Positions 57,023-64,000 of a stretch of 64,000 bases of DNA are shown piece after piece; within the stretch, counting starts at the first letter, position 1; each line of letters starts with the position of its first letter. Both the position numbers and the translations under genes were made by a program. The DNA comes from Candidatus Eiseniibacteriota bacterium (GTDB taxonomy: Bacteria; Eisenbacteria; RBG-16-71-46): contig CAVUWA010000002.1 in assembly GCA_963744995.1 (NCBI GenBank), positions 576,001 to 640,000 on the forward strand. Direction: 5' to 3'. The notes beneath the pieces were generated by a model that had not been told where the DNA came from, made no database searches, and worked only from the letters and a program-made list of their open reading frames with translations.

Positions 57023-57850
57023 TCAGCGCTCCGGCCCCAGCCAGCCGGCGTACAGCGCGGCGCGACGGTCCCGCCTGAACAACCGGCGCGCCGTGGCGCC
57101 TTCGGCAGCGGCGAGATCGACGTCGCAGCAGAGGATCTCTTCCGTGCCGCGGCCCGCACGCGCGAGCACGCGCCCCTCGGGATCGCAGACGAAAGACTCG
57201 CCGGCGAACGTCAGCGCGTCCTCACGGCCGACGCGGTTGCAGAGCGCGGCAAAGTAGCCGTTCTGGAACGCCGCCGTTCGCACCTCGCCTTCGTAGAGTC
57301 CGTCCGGCCACTCGTCCTCGATCCCCGCCTGCGGAATCAACACCAGATCCGCGCCGCCGAGCGCGAGCGCCCGCATGTACTCGGGAAAGTGGCGGTCGTA
57401 GCAGATGGCCACGCCGATCCGTCCGGCGGCGGTCTCGTAGACGGGCGCGCCGCGGTCGCCCGGCGCATACCAGCCGCGTTCGTGGAAGTGCGGGTAGTCG
57501 GTGATGTGCACCATCCGCGTGACCCCGAGCAGGCGGCCGTCGGCATCGATCACCGGTGAGCTGTCGAAGGCGCGATCGCCGTCGCGTTCGTAGAGATTCG
57601 CGACGATCACGAGGCGCAGCCGGCGCGCCGCCCCGGCGAGCGCCGCCGTGGTCGGCCCCGGGACCGGTTCGGCGAGGGCCAGCGTGCCGCCCGATGCCTT
57701 CCGCTGCGGATGAAAGGGCTCGAACCCGAGTTCGGCGAAGCAGGCGAGCCGCGCGCCCTCAGCGGCGGCCCGCTCGAGCGCGGCGAGGCCACGTTGGAGG
57801 TTCGCCGCACGATCGGGGCCGGCCGGCTGCTGAACGAGAGCGAGCTTCAC
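57023..57850 (-). CDS. Carbon-nitrogen hydrolase (nitrilase superfamily, N-carbamoylputrescine amidase-like)
   Basis: FAEL, ICYDRHFPE, NRVGRE, FAGESFV. Confidence 0.9.
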   Translation of the reverse strand: MKLALVQQPAGPDRAANLQRGLAALERAAAEGARLACFAELGFEPFHPQRKASGGTLALAEPVPGPTTAALAGAARRLRLVIVANLYERDGDRAFDSSPVIDADGRLLGVTRMVHITDYPHFHERGWYAPGDRGAPVYETAAGRIGVAICYDRHFPEYMRALALGGADLVLIPQAGIEDEWPDGLYEGEVRTAAFQNGYFAALCNRVGREDALTFAGESFVCDPEGRVLARAGRGTEEILCCDVDLAAAEGATARRLFRRDRRAALYAGWLGPER

Positions 57851-57906
57851 ACGCCCACGTTAGCGCAGCGCCGTCCGCCGCTCCAATCGCGACCGCCGCG
57901 GCGCGC

Positions 57907-58743
57907 TCAGCGCCCGGTCGAGTCCTCCGGCGCCGCCGCGTCCCGTGCCTGCCCGGCGCGCCACTTCTCGACCATCTCGCGTTGCTCGGCGGCTTTCTCG
58001 ACCAGTCGTCTGAGCTCGGCGATCGGCTGCGGATCGTCGTCGACCTGCAGTCGCAGCACCACGTCGTGGTTCAGCCAGATGCCGCCGTTCTTCCTGACGA
58101 TCAGCATCGCGGCGGACTGCATGCCGCGTTTGTCACCGCCGGCCGCCTGTCCGGCTTCGAGCGCGGCGAGCAGGCGGAACGACAGATGGCCGCCCGTCGT
58201 CTCGAATGCGTGCGCCATCGCGTCCACGACCTCGGGGCCGGCGAGAATGTTGCCCTGCGCCGAGCACCAGCGTCCGATGTGATGCCCGGACCAGGCGGGC
58301 GCTTCGGGCCCGGTGTACGTCGACACTTCGCCCTTCGCGTTCATCACCGAGAACTGCCGCCCCGCCTTCGGCCAGTCCTTCGGGTCGGGATCGGGATCCT
58401 CGGCCAGGATGCGCTGCACGACCTCGGCGGGGGAGAGACCCTGTTCGAGCAGGGCGAGCGCTTTCGGACCGTAGCTGACGTCCACGACCGCCTGGGTCGC
58501 GACGACGCCGACGTCGGCCTTGCCCCAGATCACGCCGTTGCCGACCGAGAACACGCGCGACTGCACGGCGACCCCGACCGCGCCGGTGGCGGAGTCGTAG
58601 CCGACGATCGAGAACGTGGCGATGACCGGCGGTCCGCCGTGTGGCATGTCGCCCTCCGCGGGAAGGGTGAGGGTTCCGGCGAGCAGTATGGGAGCCGAGA
58701 TCAACGCGGCCTGCGCGAACAGGTGCAGGCGCCGGTCAGACAT
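57907..58743 (-). CDS. DUF1028 family (Ntn-hydrolase-like) exported protein
   Basis: TFSIVG, GVVATQA, QGNILAG, GGDKRGMQSAA, PIAELRRL. Confidence 0.9.
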   Translation of the reverse strand: MSDRRLHLFAQAALISAPILLAGTLTLPAEGDMPHGGPPVIATFSIVGYDSATGAVGVAVQSRVFSVGNGVIWGKADVGVVATQAVVDVSYGPKALALLEQGLSPAEVVQRILAEDPDPDPKDWPKAGRQFSVMNAKGEVSTYTGPEAPAWSGHHIGRWCSAQGNILAGPEVVDAMAHAFETTGGHLSFRLLAALEAGQAAGGDKRGMQSAAMLIVRKNGGIWLNHDVVLRLQVDDDPQPIAELRRLVEKAAEQREMVEKWRAGQARDAAAPEDSTGR

Positions 58744-59545
58744 GGAGCAGGCTCGCGAACTGCCGCTGGTAGCGCTCGGTCACCGGATGCTCGAGGCCGA
58801 GCAGCACGAACAGCGACTTGCCCGCTTCGCGGGCGGCGCCGTCTGCGTAGCGCCGGTCGGCGTTCATGACCTCGAGCAGGTCGCGCATCGCCTCTTCCCA
58901 GTCGCCGGCCAGCACCGCTTTCCCGGCACCGAGCAGCGGCGCGCGCGCAGGCGATTCCGGCAGGTCGGCGGCGGTGAGCGAGGCGAGCCGCGCGAGCACG
59001 CGGATCGCCTCCGCCCGGCGCGGGTCCTCGAGGCGGTCCTCGATGACCCCCGCCATGCGCGCCGCCGCGGCCGGGTCGCGGTGGAGCAGCGCTTCGGCCA
59101 CCAGGGTCTGCGCGTCGATGTCGTCCGGCGCCTCCGCGAGCACGCCCGACGCCAGCGCCTCGGCGGCGGCGTAGTCGCCGGCCGCGAGCTTCGCGCGGCC
59201 CGCCGCGACCGCCTTCGCGTGCGGCGAGGGCAGCGCCCGATCAAGCCAGCGCCGCACCTGCGCCTCGGGCAGCGCCCCCATGAACTCGTCCGCGACCTCG
59301 CCGTTCACGAACAGCTTGACCGACGGGATGCTCATGATGCCGTAGGCGGCGGCGACGTCCTGATGCGCCTCGGTGTCGAGCTTGGCGAGCGTCCAGCGGC
59401 CGCCGGCCTCGCCGGCCAGCTTCTCGAGCACGGGTCCGAGCATGCGACACGGGCCGCACCACTCCGCCCAGAAGTCGACGAGCACCGGCACGGCGCGGCT
59501 CTTCTCGATGACTTCGCGCTGGAAGTCGTTCACATCGAAGCTCAT
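58736..59545 (-). CDS. Thioredoxin with TPR domain (CnoX/YbbN-like)
   Basis: VLVDFWAEWCGPC, GIMSIP, helical TPR C-terminus; start moved to ATG 59545. Confidence 0.92.
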   Translation of the reverse strand: MSFDVNDFQREVIEKSRAVPVLVDFWAEWCGPCRMLGPVLEKLAGEAGGRWTLAKLDTEAHQDVAAAYGIMSIPSVKLFVNGEVADEFMGALPEAQVRRWLDRALPSPHAKAVAAGRAKLAAGDYAAAEALASGVLAEAPDDIDAQTLVAEALLHRDPAAAARMAGVIEDRLEDPRRAEAIRVLARLASLTAADLPESPARAPLLGAGKAVLAGDWEEAMRDLLEVMNADRRYADGAAREAGKSLFVLLGLEHPVTERYQRQFASLLHV

Positions 59546-59675
59546 GGAGCGGAGTGTATCAGGGTCCGTGGTCGCGCGTGACGGATCGGATGCGCCGGAA
59601 GTCGACCCGTTCGAGGTTCGCTTTCGCGTGAGACCGCGGGGCCCGCGTACTAGGATCCCGAAGGAGGTCGCACGC

Positions 59676-60503
59676 ATGATCCGCCGCCATCCTCTGGCCG
59701 CGTACTTCACCGGCGCCTGCCTGCTGTCGTGGACGCTGTGGGCGCCGCTGTGGCTGCCGCAGCTCGGCGTGGCGGCGCCCGCGCCGCTGCCGTTCCAGCA
59801 CCCGCTCGGCGCCGCCGGGCCGATCGTCGCGGCGTTCGTGATTGCCGGCCTCACCGAGGGAGGCGCCGGAGTGTCCCGCCTGCTGCGCGGCATGGCCGCG
59901 TGGCGCGGACGGACGGTATGGCTGCTGGTCGCTGCGCTCGGGCCGCTCGCGGTGCTGGTGCTGGCGGTCGCAATCGCGCGCCTCGCCGGCCGGGGCGAAG
60001 CGTCCTTCGCGGGCTTCGGCGTCTCGAGGGAGTTCCCAGGGGTCTCCGCGATCGGTTTCTTCCTCTACAACGTGTTCACGTTCGGTTTCGGCGAGGAGAC
60101 CGGCTGGCGCGGCTACGCGCTGCCGCAGCTGCAGCGGCGCCACGGCGCGTTCGCGGCGACCCTGCTGCTCACGCTCGGCTGGGCGATCTGGCACGCGCCG
60201 CTGTTCCTGTACCGGCCGGGCTACGCGGGCATGGGCCCGGCGGGGATCGCGGGCTGGCTGCTGAGCCTCTTCACGGGCGCGCTGCTGCTCACCTGGATCT
60301 TCAACGGCAGCCGCGGCAGCATCCTCGCCGTCGCGCTGTTCCACGCCTCGGTAGACGTCGTGTTCATGTCCGACATCGCATCGCCGTTCGTCGTGAACAC
60401 GGCAGGCACGATCGTGAGCGTGCTCGGCATCGCCGTGCTGGTGCTCACCGGGCCGCGGACGCTGTCGTGGGGCCGCAAGGTGGTGGCGGGCGGCGCCGGG
60501 TAG
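59676..60503 (+). CDS. CPBP family intramembrane glutamic endopeptidase (CAAX/Abi)
   Basis: GEETGWRGY, WAIWHAP, FHAS; multiple TM segments; SD AAGGAGG. Confidence 0.92.
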   Translation: MIRRHPLAAYFTGACLLSWTLWAPLWLPQLGVAAPAPLPFQHPLGAAGPIVAAFVIAGLTEGGAGVSRLLRGMAAWRGRTVWLLVAALGPLAVLVLAVAIARLAGRGEASFAGFGVSREFPGVSAIGFFLYNVFTFGFGEETGWRGYALPQLQRRHGAFAATLLLTLGWAIWHAPLFLYRPGYAGMGPAGIAGWLLSLFTGALLLTWIFNGSRGSILAVALFHASVDVVFMSDIASPFVVNTAGTIVSVLGIAVLVLTGPRTLSWGRKVVAGGAG

Positions 60504-60524
60504 CGCCGCCCTTCGCGCCGTCTG

Positions 60525-62483
60525 CTACGTCCTGCTCGCCCGCGACCTGTGCTCCTTGATGAGCTTGTCCACCACGTCGGGGTCCGCAAGCGTGGTCACG
60601 TCGCCGAGCCCCTCGTACTCGCCGGCGGCGATCTTGCGCAGGATGCGACGCATGATCTTGCCGCTGCGGGTCTTCGGCAGGCCCGGCACGGGGTGGATGA
60701 TGTCGGGCGCGGCGAACTTGCCGATCGCGTGACGCACCTGCTCCTTGAGGGCGCCTTCGATCTCCTGGCGCTCCTGTCCGGCGTACTCCGGCGTGAGCGC
60801 GACGTAGGCGTAGATGCCGGTGCCCTTCACCGCGTGCGGATAGCCCACCACCGCGGCTTCGGCGACCGCCTCGTGCGCAACGAGCGCGCTTTCCACCTCG
60901 GCGGTGCCGAGACGGTGACCCGAGACGTTGAGCACGTCGTCGATGCGGCCGGTGATCCAGTAGTAGCCGTCCTCGTCCCGGCGGCAGCCGTCGCCCGTGA
61001 AGTAGAAGCCCTTGTACTGCGAGAAGTAGGTCTCCTTGAAGCGATGGTGGTCGCCCCACACCGTGCGCGCCTGCCCGGGCCACGGCCGCGCCAGGCAGAG
61101 TGCGCCGCTGACGCCGTTGCCCTCGATGATCTGCCCGGTCTCGGGATTCACGACGATCGGTTTCACGCCGAAGAACGGCAGCGTCGCTGAGCCCGGCTTG
61201 GTCGGCGTCGCGCCCGGCAGCGGCGTGATCAGGATGCCGCCGGTCTCCGTCTGCCACCACGTGTCCACGACCGCGCAGCGTTTCCCGCCGACGACGTCGT
61301 GATACCAGCGCCACACCTCCGGGTTGATCGGCTCGCCGACCGACCCCAGCACACGCAGGCTGTCGCGCTTGTAGTGCTTCACGAACTCGTCGCCGGCCTG
61401 AGCGATCGCGCGCAGCGCCGTCGGCGCGGTGTAGAAGATGTTGATGCGCAGATCGTCCACCATGCGCCAGTAGCGCCCGGGATCGGGGTAGACCGGCACC
61501 GACTCGAACATCACCGTGGTGGCGCCGTTCGCCAGCGGCCCGTAGACGATGTAGGTGTGGCCCGTGACCCAGCCGACGTCGGCGGCGCAGCAGTAGACGT
61601 CGCCCGGGTGGTAGTCGAACACCAGCTGGTGGGTCAGCGCGGCGTACACCATGTAGCCGCCGGTCGTGTGCATGACGCCCTTCGGTTGCCCGGTGCTGCC
61701 CGAGGTGTAGAGGATGTAGAGCGGATCTTCGGCGGCCATCCACTCCACCGGGCAGGTCGCTCGCTGCTTCGCGCACTCCTCGTCGAGCCACAGGTCGCGA
61801 CCCGGCTGCATCGGCACTTCGGTGTCGGTGCGGCGCGCGACCAGCACCGTCTCGACCACCGACAGCCCCTGCACGGCCTGATCAGTGATCGTCTTGAGCG
61901 GAATACGTTTGCCGCCGCGCATGCCTTCGTTGGCGGTCATCACCACCTTGCAGCCGGCGTCGAGGATCCGGTCGCGCAGCGAGTCGGCGCTGAACCCCGC
62001 GAATACCACCGAATGGATCGCGCCGATACGCGCACAGGCCAGCATCGCGAACGCGGTCTCCGGGATCATCGGCATGTAGATGCAGACGCGATCGCCCTTG
62101 CGGACGCCGTGGGCCTTGAGGACGTTGGCGATGCGGCAGACCTCGTGCTTCACCTCGCGGTAGGTGATGTGGCGGTACACGCCCGGCTCGTCGGCCGCCC
62201 AGATGATGGCGGTGCGGTCGCCGCGCTCTTCGAGGTGGCGGTCCACGCAGTTGAAGCACGCATTGAGCCGGCTGCCCAGGTACCAGCTGAAGTCCACGTC
62301 GTCGTAGTCGCCGTCGAACACGGTGTGCCACGGGTGGAACCAGGTCAGGTTCTTCGCCTGTTCCGCCCAGAATCCTTCCGGGTCCTCGATCGACTCGCGA
62401 TAGAGCCGCTCGTACTCCTCCATGGAACCGATGTGGGCACGTTCGCGGATGTGCGGATGGACGTCGTAGACATCGTCGGGCAT
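60525..62483 (-). CDS. acs: Acetyl-CoA synthetase (acetate--CoA ligase)
   Basis: [45 protein letters not shown]; start moved to ATG 62483. Confidence 0.97.
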   Translation of the reverse strand: MPDDVYDVHPHIRERAHIGSMEEYERLYRESIEDPEGFWAEQAKNLTWFHPWHTVFDGDYDDVDFSWYLGSRLNACFNCVDRHLEERGDRTAIIWAADEPGVYRHITYREVKHEVCRIANVLKAHGVRKGDRVCIYMPMIPETAFAMLACARIGAIHSVVFAGFSADSLRDRILDAGCKVVMTANEGMRGGKRIPLKTITDQAVQGLSVVETVLVARRTDTEVPMQPGRDLWLDEECAKQRATCPVEWMAAEDPLYILYTSGSTGQPKGVMHTTGGYMVYAALTHQLVFDYHPGDVYCCAADVGWVTGHTYIVYGPLANGATTVMFESVPVYPDPGRYWRMVDDLRINIFYTAPTALRAIAQAGDEFVKHYKRDSLRVLGSVGEPINPEVWRWYHDVVGGKRCAVVDTWWQTETGGILITPLPGATPTKPGSATLPFFGVKPIVVNPETGQIIEGNGVSGALCLARPWPGQARTVWGDHHRFKETYFSQYKGFYFTGDGCRRDEDGYYWITGRIDDVLNVSGHRLGTAEVESALVAHEAVAEAAVVGYPHAVKGTGIYAYVALTPEYAGQERQEIEGALKEQVRHAIGKFAAPDIIHPVPGLPKTRSGKIMRRILRKIAAGEYEGLGDVTTLADPDVVDKLIKEHRSRASRT

Positions 62484-62584
62484 CGGGATCTCCCGTCGGC
62501 TGCGGTGGACTGGCGTGGGCGTCGCCCGGGGACTATAAACGATGACCTGCCGGTCGTAACCGAAAACGCCGGCGCGGAGACGCC

Positions 62585-62935
62585 ATGTCCCCTGACCGAC
62601 CGCTGCTGATCTACAAGGGCGCGTGCATGCTCTGCCGGCGCTGGGTCGAGCGCTCGCGGCGCTGGACGGGCAAGCGTATTGCGTACGCGCCCTCGGAAGA
62701 GGTGGCGGAGCAGTTTCCACAGATTCCGGCGGAGCGCTTCAAGCGGTTCGTGGTGCTGGTGGAGCCGGATGGGCGGATCTCGTACGGCGCCGAGGCGGTC
62801 GCGCGCTCTCTTGCAGTGCGTATGCCGGGGCGTCCGCTGCTGTGGATGTACCTGCACGTGCCGTTCCTGCGCGCGATCGCGGACGAGGCCTACATGGCAG
62901 TGGCGGAAGGGCGCGTCGGCGAGTCGGCGCTGTGA
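62585..62935 (+). CDS. DCC1-like (DUF393) thiol-disulfide oxidoreductase family protein
   Basis: [12 protein letters not shown]-terminal CxxC, GAEAV, AY..VA..R tail. Confidence 0.78.
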   Translation: MSPDRPLLIYKGACMLCRRWVERSRRWTGKRIAYAPSEEVAEQFPQIPAERFKRFVVLVEPDGRISYGAEAVARSLAVRMPGRPLLWMYLHVPFLRAIADEAYMAVAEGRVGESAL

Positions 62936-63022
62936 GCACCGGCATCGGGCGCCTGTCGCCCGGTCGCGCAACGAGTCGCTGCCCGGCCACCCGGCGCCAC
63001 CCGTTTGCGCTACATTGACCCC

Positions 63023-64000
63023 ATGCCTCTGGCCGCCGGCACACGTCTGGGTCCCTACGAGATTCTCTCCGTCCTCGGCGCGGGTGGAATGGGCGAGGTC
63101 TACCGCGCCCGCGACACCCGCCTCGGACGTGACGTCGCGATCAAGGTGCTCACCGAGCAGCTCGTCGCCACGCCCGAGATCCGCGCGCGCTTCGAGCGCG
63201 AGGCGAAGACCATCTCGCAGCTCAGCCACCCGAACATCTGCGCGCTGTACGACGTGGGCCGGGCGCCCGGGGTCGCCGGGGCGCCCGGGATCGACTATCT
63301 GGTCATGGAGCTGGTCGAGGGCGAAACCCTGGCGAGTCGCCTCGCGCGCGGCGCGCTGCCGGCCGCCGAGGTGCTCGCCCTCGGCGGCCAGATCGCCGGC
63401 GCGCTCGAGCAGGCGCACCGCGCCGGCGTCATTCACCGCGACCTGAAGCCCGGCAACGTCATGCTCACGCGATCGGGCGCGAAGCTCATGGACTTCGGCC
63501 TCGCGCGCGCCGCCGGGATGGCGGGGCCGGCCGGCGACTCGGGCGTCACCGCCGCGGCCATGTCGCAGTCGCCCACGGTGGCGCAGCCGCTGACGGCCGA
63601 GGGCACGATCGTCGGCACCTTCCAGTACATGTCGCCAGAGCAGCTCGAAGGTCGCGACGCCGACGCGCGCAGCGACATCTGGGCGCTCGGCTGCCTGCTC
63701 TACGAGATGTCGACCGGGCGCCGCGCGTTCGAGGGCCGGAGCCAGGCGAGCCTCATCAGCGCGATCATGAGCGGCGAGCCCGATCCCGTGTCGCAGCTCG
63801 TGCCGCTCGCGCCGCCCACGCTCGATCGCGTGATCCGGGCCTGTCTGGCCAAGGATCCCGAGGATCGCATCCAGACCGCCCACGACGTACGGCTGCAGCT
63901 CCAGTGGGAGCGGGAGTCGGCATCGGATGCATCGGCCGCAGGACGCGCAGCGCCCGGCGCCCGACGGCGCGGCTGGATTCCGTGGGCCGTGACCGCGGCC
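63023..64000 (+). CDS. Hanks-type Ser/Thr protein kinase (truncated by window end; absent from ORF track)
   Basis: Manual translation MPLAAGTRLGPYEILSVLGAGGMGEVYRARDTRLGRDVAIK...HRDLKPGN...DFG...YMSPEQ. Confidence 0.95.
   Translation, partial: MPLAAGTRLGPYEILSVLGAGGMGEVYRARDTRLGRDVAIKVLTEQLVATPEIRARFEREAKTISQLSHPNICALYDVGRAPGVAGAPGIDYLVMELVEGETLASRLARGALPAAEVLALGGQIAGALEQAHRAGVIHRDLKPGNVMLTRSGAKLMDFGLARAAGMAGPAGDSGVTAAAMSQSPTVAQPLTAEGTIVGTFQYMSPEQLEGRDADARSDIWALGCLLYEMSTGRRAFEGRSQASLISAIMSGEPDPVSQLVPLAPPTLDRVIRACLAKDPEDRIQTAHDVRLQLQWERESASDASAAGRAAPGARRRGWIPWAVTAA

Noticed and set aside
59676..60503. CAAX/Abi protease as a phage abortive-infection system
   Set aside because: CPBP is a membrane protease family; no defence-associated neighbours
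63261..63289. Short GGGCGCCCGGG duplication in kinase 3
   Set aside because: In-frame loop insertion (GRAPGVAGAPG) between conserved kinase strands; no sign of frameshift or function

Overview
High-GC bacterial DNA with no mobile elements or CRISPR. Bases 1-29146 are the core translation/transcription supercluster on the + strand: 3' end of rplJ, rplL, rpoB, rpoC, str operon (rpsL-rpsG-fusA-tuf) fused directly to the S10, spc (to secY-adk-map-infA-rpmJ) and alpha (rpsM-rpsK-rpsD-rpoA-rplQ) operons, closed by an intrinsic terminator. Bases 29180-64000 are accessory/housekeeping genes: a hybrid histidine kinase with two response regulators, dienelactone hydrolase, two SDR/epimerases, tRNA-Asn, a secreted S8 peptidase, a lipoprotein, a redoxin, an antiporter, a YkuD + Mur-ligase pair, three Hanks-type Ser/Thr kinases (two tandem), ispG, methyltransferases, a C-N hydrolase, DUF1028, thioredoxin-TPR, a CPBP protease and acs. 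C-terminal FlgD-like and TWGxIK tails suggest an FCB-associated candidate lineage such as Eisenbacteria (inference, not tested). Most interesting observations: (1) two signalling loci share an identically spaced sigma-28-like promoter (CTCAAG-N15-RCCGATRA), and one of them encodes a kinase/regulator pair resembling cyanobacterial HepK/DevR; (2) many accessory genes look leaderless (TAnnnT 6-8 nt before the start codon); (3) both tandem kinases are preceded by a conserved leaderless 14-codon uORF whose stop overlaps the kinase start; (4) RpoB naturally carries the H526N-equivalent rifampicin-pocket substitution; (5) an ElsL-like/Mpl-like peptidoglycan-recycling pair; (6) tuf has an abrupt G-ending codon bias. 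All family assignments come from motif recognition by eye; no database searches were run.
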